Of a DNA stretch of 53,902 bases, positions 8,112 through 17,886 are shown one piece after another. Below the pieces are notes generated by a model. That model ran no database searches and had not been told where the DNA came from. It saw nothing but the letters and a program-made list of their open reading frames with translations. How positions within the stretch are numbered: position 1 is the first letter of the stretch; each line of letters opens with the position of its first letter. Made by a program: the position numbers and the translations under genes. Source of the stretch: a virus; IMG/VR virus record IMGVR_UViG_3300033463_000182, positions 1-53,902 of that record, one strand, 5' to 3'.

Positions 8112-9611
8112 TTAGTCGCCCACGCTTTCAAAGTAGGTGACAAAGCCCTCGTCAGTCCAGTTGACGATAGCCGTCAGGCTCTTTGCAAGCGGGGTCGTGG
8201 TGATGTCGAACAGGAAGGAGTAGTCGCCGTTCATGATGTCGCTGCGGGCCTGCGCGTCGGCGTTCAGAGAAACGACGCCACGGGTCAGCGCGCCGATGTT
8301 CAGCAGCGCGTCAATCCGGGTCTGCTCCTCGGCGATGATCGTCTGGAGATCGTTCGCCGTCATGGGCTTGTCCACGTCGGGCGTCCGCCGGTGCTGGAAA
8401 TCATTGCTGATGTAGTACAGCATCATGCGGTTGGTTTCCGCGACGTTGATCTGGTCGCCGTTGCTCTGGTCGTAGTCGGCGCTGTGGCAGCCCCAAATAG
8501 CCCACCGTCCGCCCACAAAGGCGGCGCTGGCGATACCGTTCTTGTTCAGCTTCTCGTTGATGAGGCTGTCGTCGTAAACCTTGCCCACGGCGGACGCGCC
8601 CATGTACAGGTTTTCGATGATGGCACAGTCGGTATTGCTCGCGGTCTTGTAGGGGATGCCGTCCTGGGCCAGAAGAAGCTCCTGGAAGTTGGCGGCGGCC
8701 AGCACAGACAGATGGTAGATATTCCCGTCGGTGCCCTGCGCCAGCGGGAAGAATACCGTTTCGTTCTCCTTGGTGTAGCCGTTGCCGTCCTTGTAGGTCT
8801 TGATGGTGTCCAGGGTCAGCGCGGTCTGGCCGTTCATCAGCGGCAGATCGACGAACATGTACACGTCCCAATGCCCATTGACCTTCACGCTGTTCTGATA
8901 CATCGCCGCGTGGACGGCGGGAACAGAGGAGAAGCCAGGGCAGCCCAGGTAGGCCGGGATGTAGCCGGTGAGCTGGTACACGTTCTTGATGGCGAAGATG
9001 CCGGTGTTGGTGCCCAGCCCGTCGGAAGCGCCGATCACGTCCGCAGACGTGACGCCGGTTGCGTCGATCTCGTAGTATTCCACGGAGAGGGCCGCGCTGC
9101 CCAGCGCGCCGGTGGTCAGCTCGGTAATGACCACGGACTTCTTCTCGATGTTGTACGCAATCGCGTAATCGGTTCCCTTCACCTTCGTTACGGGCGTCTG
9201 GTCGGTGGTCTTGATAACAACGGTATCAATAATCACGTCCTGCCCAGAGGGGATGGTGATGCGGCCATTCTCCGGGGTCTTGGTGGCCGTGACCTTGGTG
9301 CCCTTTTTGTGGGCGGCCTTGGTGGGATCGAGCACGTTAATGAACACCAGGGGGCCGACGCCCTTGTTTTCCAGGTGGACGTGCATCGCTTCGCAGAGCG
9401 TGTACTTATCCCATTCGTCGGAATAGGAGAAGTATTTGCGCGCCTCGGCGATGTTGTTTACGACGATAGGCACGTTGACGTTGTTCGCGCCGCCCTCCAG
9501 GTTGTGCACGGGGGCCGTGCCAACATAGACGATAGCGCCCTGGCTTTCGTCCGCCACGCGGCTTCCGACGGCCTGGATCACGCCATACGCACCATGCTTG
9601 TAATCAGCCAT
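8112..9611 (-). CDS. Contractile tail sheath protein
   Basis: 499 aa. N-terminus MADYKHGAYGVIQAVG...VYVGTAPVH is typical of the FI/gpL sheath family; followed by the tube gene. Confidence 0.85.
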   Translation of the reverse strand: MADYKHGAYGVIQAVGSRVADESQGAIVYVGTAPVHNLEGGANNVNVPIVVNNIAEARKYFSYSDEWDKYTLCEAMHVHLENKGVGPLVFINVLDPTKAAHKKGTKVTATKTPENGRITIPSGQDVIIDTVVIKTTDQTPVTKVKGTDYAIAYNIEKKSVVITELTTGALGSAALSVEYYEIDATGVTSADVIGASDGLGTNTGIFAIKNVYQLTGYIPAYLGCPGFSSVPAVHAAMYQNSVKVNGHWDVYMFVDLPLMNGQTALTLDTIKTYKDGNGYTKENETVFFPLAQGTDGNIYHLSVLAAANFQELLLAQDGIPYKTASNTDCAIIENLYMGASAVGKVYDDSLINEKLNKNGIASAAFVGGRWAIWGCHSADYDQSNGDQINVAETNRMMLYYISNDFQHRRTPDVDKPMTANDLQTIIAEEQTRIDALLNIGALTRGVVSLNADAQARSDIMNGDYSFLFDITTTPLAKSLTAIVNWTDEGFVTYFESVGD

Positions 9612-9625
9612 GGGTTAATTCCTCC

Positions 9626-10282
9626 TTACAAAAGTTTTTCAATGTCCGGGTTGTAGCCCTCGTTGACGTGGCATCCGAATACCACGTTGACGAAGCCGTA
9701 ATAGATGGGCCGCCTGTCCACGACGTAGCTCTGATCCGTGTACAGGCTGTACGTTATGGTGTCCTCCTGCACGAAAAGGTCTGTTTTCGGGATCATCTTC
9801 TGCCCAAGCAGCTTTTCCATGCAATCGTCCATCCAGTTCATCAGCGTAAAAAGGCCCTGCTCCGTGCCCTCCAGAATGAGGGACGGATCAAGGCCCTGCC
9901 CCTTCTCGCCCACGGTGTCGATGAAACCGGGCAGGCGGACGCCGGGTTCGTACACGCTGAACAGGATGCTCACGGCAAGGTGCTGTCCCATTTCCTGCGG
10001 TCTGTGCACGTTGTTGTAGCGGTCAAACCGCTTTTCCTCCATGTACTTTGCGTAGGTCTGGTTGGGCATGATGAGGATGCCGGGAACGGTGGACAGGGGG
10101 ATTTCTTTCAGATTGCCCGCCTTGTCCATCCGCGCCGGTGCCCATGCTAGGTAACAGGGCGGCTCCTGCCGCTTGATTGTTCCTATGTCCATGTTCTCCG
10201 CCGGAGCTTTCATCATGCGCCCCTTGCACAGTTCCTTGATCGTCCAGTTTTTAAGGCCGGTCAGTCGTTCAGTAAAGCGCAT
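9626..10282 (-). CDS. Virion structural protein (tail completion/neck candidate by position)
   Basis: 218-aa ORF between the head-completion genes and the sheath gene; no motif recognised. Confidence 0.3.
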   Translation of the reverse strand: MRFTERLTGLKNWTIKELCKGRMMKAPAENMDIGTIKRQEPPCYLAWAPARMDKAGNLKEIPLSTVPGILIMPNQTYAKYMEEKRFDRYNNVHRPQEMGQHLAVSILFSVYEPGVRLPGFIDTVGEKGQGLDPSLILEGTEQGLFTLMNWMDDCMEKLLGQKMIPKTDLFVQEDTITYSLYTDQSYVVDRRPIYYGFVNVVFGCHVNEGYNPDIEKLL

Positions 10283-10284
10283 AA

Positions 10285-10629
10285 TTACATCAGCTCCCTT
10301 GGATCGCGGCTTTCAAGCAGAATATCCAGCATCCCCATATTGATATTGACATCCAGCACGCGCATGGGCTTTCTGTCGAAAATAATATGGGTGTTCGGTT
10401 CCGGCGGCTCCGCTTCGGGGAAGTCCGCCTCCTTGACGTGGATCAATATTTTGCGGGTGTTGGAATCCCAGCTTATATCGTTCACGTTGTTGTTTTTCCG
10501 CTTGAGCGCTTCTTCTTCGTCTGGTACACAGGTGATTTCCTCGCCGTTCCAGTAGTGCGTTTCCGCAAAGTGATCCATTTGCAGGAATACGCGGTTGATG
10601 TCGTCGGCGATGCGGTCTTTCAGCGCCAT
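10285..10629 (-). CDS. Head-tail connector/completion candidate
   Basis: 114-aa ORF, position only. Confidence 0.3.
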   Translation of the reverse strand: MALKDRIADDINRVFLQMDHFAETHYWNGEEITCVPDEEEALKRKNNNVNDISWDSNTRKILIHVKEADFPEAEPPEPNTHIIFDRKPMRVLDVNINMGMLDILLESRDPRELM

Positions 10630-10814
10630 TACTTGCGCTTGCCCTTGGCCGGGGCTTCGGCATACGCTTCCTCGGCGGGGTTCTCGGCGGGCTTTTCCTC
10701 CGCCTTTTTCTCCGCTTTGGGCGGGATCACAGCCTTGCCCTGCTCAATCAGGCGCGCGCCGTAGCTGTCGTTGACTTCCTCGACGGTCTGGTTGGAAAGA
10801 ATCAAAACCTTCAC
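10629..10814 (-). CDS. Hypothetical small protein with a Lys/Ala/Glu/Pro-rich tail
   Basis: 61-aa ORF, start/stop coupled to its neighbours. Confidence 0.3.
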   Translation of the reverse strand: MKVLILSNQTVEEVNDSYGARLIEQGKAVIPPKAEKKAEEKPAENPAEEAYAEAPAKGKRK

Positions 10815-11182
10815 TTGGTTTTACCTCCTTTCGCCGCTTTGGCGGCAGGCTTGCGCGCCGCTGTCTTGGCGGGCTTCTTCGGCTCCTCCTTTTCAGCGGC
10901 CACCACGCCGTCCATTACGTCGATTTCGGGGGCTTCCGCGTCCTCGTCGATTTCGTCCTCCGGCGCTTCGGTTTCCGGGTCGTCAGGTTCCGGGTCGGGC
11001 GCTTGCGCTTCCGGCCCCTTGTCCTCCGGCGCTTCGGCCACGACCGGCGCTTCCGGGTCGGGCGCGGCCTCGCGGATCGCGCCCGCCCGTTTCAGCCAGT
11101 CCAGCTTCTCCTTGGGCGTATCTTCGGAAATGATCTCGCCGGGAACATATCTACTGCCTATGTAGGTGACTGCAATATACAT
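10811..11182 (-). CDS. Hypothetical protein, acidic Pro/Glu-rich linker plus a basic AKKPAK tail
   Basis: 123-aa ORF immediately after the capsid gene; mostly low complexity. Confidence 0.3.
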   Translation of the reverse strand: MYIAVTYIGSRYVPGEIISEDTPKEKLDWLKRAGAIREAAPDPEAPVVAEAPEDKGPEAQAPDPEPDDPETEAPEDEIDEDAEAPEIDVMDGVVAAEKEEPKKPAKTAARKPAAKAAKGGKTK

Positions 11183-11203
11183 TTCCCTTGCTCCTTTCCG
11201 TAG

Positions 11204-12241
11204 TTACCGCACCTTGGCGATGGCCCATGCGTCCACGTTGAAGGGGATAACCGTCGGGCGGCTGGTCAGCCGGTTCTTGATGCTGTTGCCGTCCACGCTG
11301 CCGTGACGCAGGGGCACTTCCTTCTTGATGTAGGTCTTGTGCTTCGCGCCGGGGCCGGGTTCCTCAACCTGGGTCACGGGGCCGTAGGGCATCTTCACGA
11401 TGTCGCTGCCGCCCGCGATCAGCGTACCGGCGGGCATGACGGGCTTTTTCAGGCCGTCGTCGTCGATGAACGTCCCGGCGAGGCTGTACAGCTCCACGCC
11501 GTCGGCGTTGTGGCCCAGGAAACGCAGGCCGCTTCCACGGTACTTCTGCTTGATGTCGCCCATGTCCACGTTGCGCATATCCAGCAGCTTCATGAAAGCG
11601 CTGTCGTTGCGCATCGCCGCCCACACGTCGGGGGCCATGACGATCTTCTCCACTTCGCCCAGGCCGTCATAGACCAGGTTGTAGATTTCCTCCATGTCGC
11701 CCGCGATGTCCGCGCCCACCTGTCCCCAGGCGGTGTCGGGGGTGAAGTAGTTGGTAAACTGATAGTCGGCAACCATCGTCGCCTGCGCGCTGCGGCCCTC
11801 GTTGGTGTACTCAAAGATATTCAGCTTGCCGGTCAGGAGCACCTGGCGCACCATCCACTCCCTGCGGCGCTGAATCGCCTTGCGCATTTCGGTGAGGTCG
11901 CGGGCCAGAATCTTCTTCTCCCGCTGTTCGGGGGTCAGAGCGCCCAGCACGGCTTCGCCGAACAGGCGGCCCTTGAGGTTCTGATCTTCGATCAGGCGTT
12001 CCGGGGCGATGGTGCAGAAGCCGATCTCGCGGGTTTCGTAACCGTCGCGCTCCATGATGACGCCGCCCGTGCCGGGATGCACGGTGGGGGCCATCGCCTT
12101 GGTGCCCTTGCGGAAATCATAGATGGCCTTGTCGTTTTCTTCGACGCCCTCCTCCTTGCAGAAGAAGTCCATCAAAACGCTGCACTCACGGGGCATCAGC
12201 TCAAGCGCCTTGAGCTGGCTCCGAACATCATACAGATCCAT
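11204..12241 (-). CDS. Major capsid protein, lambda gpE family
   Basis: 345 aa. Lies after the decoration gene in the lambda order W-B-C-D-E; the C-terminal ...PTVIPFNVDAWAIAKV is typical of the E family. Confidence 0.85.
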   Translation of the reverse strand: MDLYDVRSQLKALELMPRECSVLMDFFCKEEGVEENDKAIYDFRKGTKAMAPTVHPGTGGVIMERDGYETREIGFCTIAPERLIEDQNLKGRLFGEAVLGALTPEQREKKILARDLTEMRKAIQRRREWMVRQVLLTGKLNIFEYTNEGRSAQATMVADYQFTNYFTPDTAWGQVGADIAGDMEEIYNLVYDGLGEVEKIVMAPDVWAAMRNDSAFMKLLDMRNVDMGDIKQKYRGSGLRFLGHNADGVELYSLAGTFIDDDGLKKPVMPAGTLIAGGSDIVKMPYGPVTQVEEPGPGAKHKTYIKKEVPLRHGSVDGNSIKNRLTSRPTVIPFNVDAWAIAKVR

Positions 12242-12278
12242 AGTTCATGTTCTCCTTTCGTTATTGGTCGTCGGGGGA

Positions 12279-12935
12279 TCAAGCCCACACCGCGTACAGC
12301 GTCAGGTCGGCGTTGGCGGTGTAGCTGGCCGCTGCGGCGTAGTCCGTGCCGCTGCCGTCCGCCTTGGTGTTCCACTTGCTGAAAGCCTTGGTAGCGGGCG
12401 CGGTGAAGCCCAGCTTGGAATCGGTGTTGTTCAGCACCGTATAGCTGCCGCCGCGCGCGGTTTCGATCACCACATCAGCCTCGGCGGGGCTGGCCCCGTT
12501 GTTGGCCTTGTAGGTGATGAGGGCGGGGCCGTTCTGGAAGGTTCCGGCGCTCTCAACGCTCTGGTTGAATTTGATGCCGAACAGGCGAAGCACAACCTTG
12601 TGGGCGGCGGTCACGGGGGCCATGGTGCCGCTGTTGTTGTACTTCACCTTGCCGTCAATGAAGGTGCCCTCGCGGTACGCGGCGGCAACCTCGGCGACGG
12701 CGGTTCCGTCGTTGCCGGTGTCCACGTCCTCATTCAGCACAACCAGGTCGTAGCTGGTGCTGATGTTCGCGTTGCCCGCCTTGACGTAGAAGCCGTTGGC
12801 GTCCTTGTAAAGCACGGTGCCGCGCTTGAGTTCTCCCTGGCCGGGAAGCAGATTGACCGCAATCGGATCAGCCTCAACCTTCGCAAGAAGCTGGTCGGGC
12901 GTGCTGGTGCCGATGGTATCATACAGTTTGCTCAT
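12279..12935 (-). CDS. Head decoration protein (gpD-like N-terminus) fused to a Listeria-Bacteroides (Flg_new) repeat
   Basis: 218 aa. Sits between the protease/scaffold and capsid genes. The C-terminus FSKWNTKADGSGTDYAAAASYTANADLTLYAVWA matches the repeat consensus. Confidence 0.65.
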   Translation of the reverse strand: MSKLYDTIGTSTPDQLLAKVEADPIAVNLLPGQGELKRGTVLYKDANGFYVKAGNANISTSYDLVVLNEDVDTGNDGTAVAEVAAAYREGTFIDGKVKYNNSGTMAPVTAAHKVVLRLFGIKFNQSVESAGTFQNGPALITYKANNGASPAEADVVIETARGGSYTVLNNTDSKLGFTAPATKAFSKWNTKADGSGTDYAAAASYTANADLTLYAVWA

Positions 12936-12959
12936 GCTTGTTTCTCCTTTCCGTATGCC

Positions 12960-14102
12960 TTAAAACATACCTTCGTTGTCGTTACCGGCGTAAGCGGCGG
13001 CATAGGCGGCGATCTCCTTGGCGTTGGCCTCGATTTCCGCCTGCTCGGTCTGCTTGTCGTCGGTGGGCGCGCCGCCCGCCACGTCCTTTGCGGGGGCGGT
13101 TTCTTCCTTGCGATTGTTCAGAAAGTCGGTGCCCTTCTGCTTCTTCGCGGCGATGAGCTGCTTGTGGAAGTCCATCGCGGAAGTCCCGTCGGCCTTGGCC
13201 TTGGCGGCCAGTTCCTCGTAGCCCGGATCGGTCAGCGCGTCGATGTCCTCCTGGCGCTGGCGTTCTGCGGCAATCGCGGCCTGCTGAATCTGCTCAAGCA
13301 GCGCCGGGTTCTCCGCACGAAGCTGATCCACGTTGATGTCCTTGATGTCCATGGTTGGATTTTCCTCCTCGTGTTGATTTATTTCAGTCGAGGCCCCGGC
13401 AACTGGAGCTTCGTGACTGACTTCTTTTGCGGCGGGCTTGTCGTCCTGCCGGATGGTGATGCCCTTCGGCACCGCCTTGTAGATGCCGCACATCACGGCC
13501 ATTTCGTGCGTGCTGACGCAGGCCGCCACAGGCTCCGCCGAAAGCATTTCGTCGCAGAAACCATAGTCGCAGGCTTCCTTCGCCGTAAACCACGTTTCGG
13601 CGTCCATCCATTCTTTGATCTGATCCTCGGTCTGGCCGGTCTTGGCGGCGTACATCCCGTGAAACTGGCTTTCCAGCTTGTGCAGATGATCCACCGTCTT
13701 TTCCAGCTCCGCCGCGTTGCCCCAGGCAATCGTCATGGGGTTGTGGATCATAAATTCGCTTCCCTCGGCAATGACCACGCTCGCGTCCGGGATGGTCGCA
13801 AACAGCGTGGCCGCGCTGGCGCACAGCCCTTCGATCATCACCCGCACGCTTTCAAAGCCTGCGTTGATAATCATGCTGCGCATGGCGACGGCGCTGTACA
13901 CGTCCCCGCCGGGGCTGTTGATCCGCACGTTGAGCTTGGTCGCGCCGTTCTTCCGCGCTTCTTTCAGCGCCTTGTCAAAGTCGGCGGGGGTCGTTTCGTC
14001 GCCCCACCACTTTTCGCTGTCGATGGCGCTGTAAATCATCACTTCGGCTTCGTCGCCCTCGGCTTTCATGCTAAAGCGGATTAGGTATCGCTCCTTGTTC
14101 AC
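12960..14102 (-). CDS. ClpP/S49-type head maturation protease fused to a scaffold-like C-terminal domain
   Basis: 380 aa. SPGGDVYSAVAM...GLCASAATLF protease core, then a coiled acidic C-terminal half. Same position as lambda C/Nu3. Confidence 0.8.
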   Translation of the reverse strand: MNKERYLIRFSMKAEGDEAEVMIYSAIDSEKWWGDETTPADFDKALKEARKNGATKLNVRINSPGGDVYSAVAMRSMIINAGFESVRVMIEGLCASAATLFATIPDASVVIAEGSEFMIHNPMTIAWGNAAELEKTVDHLHKLESQFHGMYAAKTGQTEDQIKEWMDAETWFTAKEACDYGFCDEMLSAEPVAACVSTHEMAVMCGIYKAVPKGITIRQDDKPAAKEVSHEAPVAGASTEINQHEEENPTMDIKDINVDQLRAENPALLEQIQQAAIAAERQRQEDIDALTDPGYEELAAKAKADGTSAMDFHKQLIAAKKQKGTDFLNNRKEETAPAKDVAGGAPTDDKQTEQAEIEANAKEIAAYAAAYAGNDNEGMF

Positions 14103-15748
14103 TTGTCCTCGTCCTCCTTTTCGTCTGGATCGTCGGGCGGCGGGGCCGTGCTGCTGTCCTCCGCGCCGCCCATGTCGGCCCTTTCCGCGATTTCCTTCTT
14201 GCGCTGCCGCACGATGGCCGATCTGTCGTTGCCGTTGTATTCCATGGCCTCTTGTTCCTCGGTGGTGATATTGTTGCGGATGCGCACTTCCGCCGCGTTG
14301 ACCTCTTTCAGCGGGTCAACATGGCCCATGCTCGCGCCCATCCAGGAACAGCCGCACCACGCAAGCCGCACCGCCGGATCATCGAAAAAACCGGGCGCGT
14401 CGATGCGTCCGGCTGCCACGGCTTCGGAAAGCCATTGTTCGTAGATCGGTTGATTGAAAGCGGTATTGAATCGTGTGCGGTACACCCGCACCGTCCGCCA
14501 GAAGTCCAGCAGGGCCGCCCTTGCGGCGGTGTAGTTGCTCTCGTACTTCTTGATAAGCACTTCCTTGGGGATGCCCATGCTGGACGCTATCACGGTGATA
14601 CAGGTATTGACGAAGCTCTCAAACTGCGTGTCGCTGCGCTTCGGGTCAACGGTGGTCACGTCCTTGCCGGGGGGTAGGTCGTAGATCGCGCCGGGGGCAA
14701 GTTCAAGTTTCAGCTCGTCGTCCGTTACCTTCTCGTCCTCGTTTACCGCGTCCTCCATGCCCGCCTTGCCGTCGTCCTCCTTGGACGTGATAAACAGCGT
14801 CAGCATGGCGGAAACGACCTTGCCCGCAAGCTCGGCGTTCATGTACCGGGTGAATTGCTTGATAAGCTCGATTTCCGCCGATACAAAGGGGATGCCGCGC
14901 CGCTGCTCCGGGCGCTCCCAGGTCATGATGTGCAGGATGTTGGGATAGCCCGTGTCCTTGCCGTAGGCGTCAATCGCCGTCCACGTCAATTCGCTGTTGT
15001 CGTTCCCGGCAATCGGGCTTCTGCTGGCGATGTAGTAACGGATCACGGCTCCTTCCTTGTCGATCTCCACACCGTCGATGATCCGACCGCCGCTGTCGCT
15101 CTCCTTGCTTTCGCTGTCGCCGCTGCTGTCGGGGTTGCAGATGCGGTCAGCCTCCAGCAGCCGCACGGTGGTCTGGTAGGGCGTCCGCTTGTTTTCCTTC
15201 ATGCCGAAAAGGGCGAACACGTCACCACTCATCAGCATGGACAGGAAAGCGAGCTGCTGCAAGCCGTAGAAGTTTTGCTGCCTTTCCGCGTCGCACATGG
15301 TATTTTCGGCCCATAGCTTCCATTCCCGAAGGATCGCCTGTTCCGCTTCCTCCCGCGCGTCGTCCGTCATGCCCAGGAAATCGCCGTCGATTTTGGGTTT
15401 CGGCTGGATGCCCCAGCCCACAACGGAGGTCGTCAGCGTTTCCGGGCCGCTTCGCGCAAGCCCGCCTCCTTCGTACAGGTCGCGGGCGCGCTGCCGCAGT
15501 TTGGAGCTTTGAAGGTCGATGCTGTCCTCCGCGTTGCCCGCGTCCACGATCCAGCCGATCAGGCTGTTTAGCGTGCTGCTGGCCCCGTGGCTGGCGTAGC
15601 TCATGCGGGGGCCGCCTCCCGCCCGCTGGTTTTCCTTCGGCGCTTCCTGCGCCCGTTCTTTCCGCAGGCGGGCGTTGTATGCGTCGTTGCCCTTCTTCGG
15701 ATTGACCAGGTAAAGGGCGCGCTCTCTGAATGTCGGTCTTTCGTTCAT
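14099..15748 (-). CDS. Portal protein, lambda gpB family
   Basis: 549 aa between the gpW-like and protease genes. N-terminal ...SLIGWIVDAGNAEDSIDLQSSKLRQRARDLY... is typical of lambda-family portals. Confidence 0.85.
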   Translation of the reverse strand: MNERPTFRERALYLVNPKKGNDAYNARLRKERAQEAPKENQRAGGGPRMSYASHGASSTLNSLIGWIVDAGNAEDSIDLQSSKLRQRARDLYEGGGLARSGPETLTTSVVGWGIQPKPKIDGDFLGMTDDAREEAEQAILREWKLWAENTMCDAERQQNFYGLQQLAFLSMLMSGDVFALFGMKENKRTPYQTTVRLLEADRICNPDSSGDSESKESDSGGRIIDGVEIDKEGAVIRYYIASRSPIAGNDNSELTWTAIDAYGKDTGYPNILHIMTWERPEQRRGIPFVSAEIELIKQFTRYMNAELAGKVVSAMLTLFITSKEDDGKAGMEDAVNEDEKVTDDELKLELAPGAIYDLPPGKDVTTVDPKRSDTQFESFVNTCITVIASSMGIPKEVLIKKYESNYTAARAALLDFWRTVRVYRTRFNTAFNQPIYEQWLSEAVAAGRIDAPGFFDDPAVRLAWCGCSWMGASMGHVDPLKEVNAAEVRIRNNITTEEQEAMEYNGNDRSAIVRQRKKEIAERADMGGAEDSSTAPPPDDPDEKEDEDK

Positions 15749-15763
15749 GCCGTATCACGCCCC

Positions 15764-16006
15764 TTACAGATCGCGCGGGACAACCCGCGTCACGCGCTTG
15801 GTTCTTACTTGGCCGGACAGGGCTTCCACCAGGTTTCCGAAATAGTTGATCGCCGCCCTGATGTCCTCCATGTCCACAAGCGTACATTCCCGCGTGCCCA
15901 CACGGTAGCTTGTCACCTGTCCGCTTGCCAGCGCTCTTTCCGCGCTTTTCCACAGTTCAAGCATTTCCTGGGCTTCGGCCAAAGAGTATGCGGATATTGC
16001 CGCCAT
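15764..16006 (-). CDS. Head-tail joining protein gpW-like
   Basis: 80 aa between terminase and portal, as in lambda. Pattern L..A..AL.....G..V......R.......D...I matches gpW. Confidence 0.6.
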   Translation of the reverse strand: MAAISAYSLAEAQEMLELWKSAERALASGQVTSYRVGTRECTLVDMEDIRAAINYFGNLVEALSGQVRTKRVTRVVPRDL

Positions 16007-16020
16007 GCTGTCACGCTCCT

Positions 16021-17883
16021 TTATATCTGGATTCCCCGGCTCACCACGCGCTTGTTTTTGCGCTTGGTTTCTTCCTGCCGGGTGATGATCTTTTTCGGTT
16101 CTTCGATGCCGTTCACAAGGCGCTCCAGCTCGTCAAAGCGCCAGTTGAAATATCGGTACGCGGCCCGCGCGTAGTTGCGGCAGTCCAACGGTTCGTTGCG
16201 TTCATAGAATTGCTCCCATACCGCCACGCCCTGCCCGCCGCGCCGGTGTATTTCCAGCCTTTCGGAAATCAGGCCCTTAAAATACTCCATGTCGTAGCCC
16301 GCCCGGTATTCGATGGGGAAGTGCATATAGTTTGGCCCCGGCTCCTCCACGGCGGCTTCATACATGATCCCGGCCTTTCCTTCGTCAACGCCCAGCATGA
16401 ATTTAGCGCCCTCGCCCTGGCCGCGCTTCATGGGCCTGCACTCCGGCTTTCCTTCGCCCTTTTCGCCCTTGATAGGCCATATCCGCTTGCTGGCGCGCTT
16501 CGCGCACTCCTTGTAGATGGGGGTGGTGAAGTGGCCGCCGGAGTCAATGAACGTCGCAAGGATGCGCATTTTCATTCCGTTGGCGAGCTTCCATTCCCGA
16601 TCCAGCAGGGCGTCAACCTCCTGCCATACGCCGGGGGCGTCGGCCCGTCCGGGGATCACGCCACGGTTGATGCCCCAGCTCTGCCCGTTCCGATCCCAGC
16701 CCACAACCTCGTATTCCAGGCGGTTGTCCTGCGTGTCCATGCCCATTGTCAGAAGCAAAACGCCCGTCGGCACTTCCGCGTCGTAATGCTCCCGGCGCTT
16801 GTACAGCGCTTCGTCAAGGCCGCTGTTGGTATGTATTTCCCATACCTCGCCCAAAATCGTGTTGTAGAAGGTTTGCAGCTTCGTTGCGTCCTTGTGGGCC
16901 TTGAGGAATTTCCACACAATATCCTTCCAGTCGCTCCAGGGTGACATAAAGGCGTTCAGCCGGAAGGATCGGATGCCGTTTTCAAGGGCTTTTGGATTCT
17001 TGCTGACCCACTTTGCGGGCAGGCGCTTACATTCGTATTCCCCAATGTCGCGCTTGCACGTCGGGCACCGCCATGTGACCACCTTAACGTGATAGTCCTC
17101 GTCGCCGCCCTCGTTCACATAGTCCTCTTTTTCAAAGTGGATGTCCGCAAACCGAATGTAGTTGTAGGTATGGCAATGCGGGCACTCCGTATGCCATTCC
17201 TCTTGCGTGCCGTTCATGTAATCCGTTTCAATCTTCGATTTCCCCTTTATGGTCGGTGTGCTGGTCTTTACGATCTTGCGGTTATGCCGGAAGGTTTCTG
17301 TACGCCTTTCGGCCAATTCCTGCGGGTCGCCCTCGGTGCCTGCGCTGGCAGGGAAGCGGTCTGTTTCGTCCATGAAGATATACCGTACCGGCTTACTGGA
17401 AAGGTCGGCGGGGGAGTTGGCCCCGATAATGGCAAGGCTCCCGCCTGGAAAGGTTTTCATGGTGATGGTGTTTGCCGCGTCCCGGCTCCGCGCTTTGAAA
17501 ACCTTGTCCCGCAGCGTCGGGCATGCCTGGATCATCGGCGCGATACGCCGTTTGGAATAATCCTCGGCCACCTTGTCCGTCGGCTGGATATACAGCATCG
17601 GGCCTGGGTCGTTGTCGATGGCGCAGCCCATCATATTCAGTTCGATTTCGCTTTTGCCCACCTGTGCGCTCGCCATAATCACGATCTGCCAGATGCCCGG
17701 TTGGGTAAAGCTGTCCATGATCTCCCGCTGATAGGGGGCGCGGTCAGTCCGCCACGCGCCCGGTTCCGCGCTGCTCTCGGACACCAGCACACGGTTTGCG
17801 TCCGCCCATTCCGACACGGTTTGCTGTGCCGGTGGCCGGAACATGGCATAGGTGTATCGGGCGAGTTCGGCAATGGCGCTCAT
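16021..17883 (-). CDS. terL: Terminase large subunit, GpA family
   Basis: 620 aa. VSEWADANRVL...WRTDRAPYQREIMD...MASAQVGKSE (Walker A-like)...IFMDETDRF. Confidence 0.9.
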   Translation of the reverse strand: MSAIAELARYTYAMFRPPAQQTVSEWADANRVLVSESSAEPGAWRTDRAPYQREIMDSFTQPGIWQIVIMASAQVGKSEIELNMMGCAIDNDPGPMLYIQPTDKVAEDYSKRRIAPMIQACPTLRDKVFKARSRDAANTITMKTFPGGSLAIIGANSPADLSSKPVRYIFMDETDRFPASAGTEGDPQELAERRTETFRHNRKIVKTSTPTIKGKSKIETDYMNGTQEEWHTECPHCHTYNYIRFADIHFEKEDYVNEGGDEDYHVKVVTWRCPTCKRDIGEYECKRLPAKWVSKNPKALENGIRSFRLNAFMSPWSDWKDIVWKFLKAHKDATKLQTFYNTILGEVWEIHTNSGLDEALYKRREHYDAEVPTGVLLLTMGMDTQDNRLEYEVVGWDRNGQSWGINRGVIPGRADAPGVWQEVDALLDREWKLANGMKMRILATFIDSGGHFTTPIYKECAKRASKRIWPIKGEKGEGKPECRPMKRGQGEGAKFMLGVDEGKAGIMYEAAVEEPGPNYMHFPIEYRAGYDMEYFKGLISERLEIHRRGGQGVAVWEQFYERNEPLDCRNYARAAYRYFNWRFDELERLVNGIEEPKKIITRQEETKRKNKRVVSRGIQI

Positions 17884-17886
17884 CCG

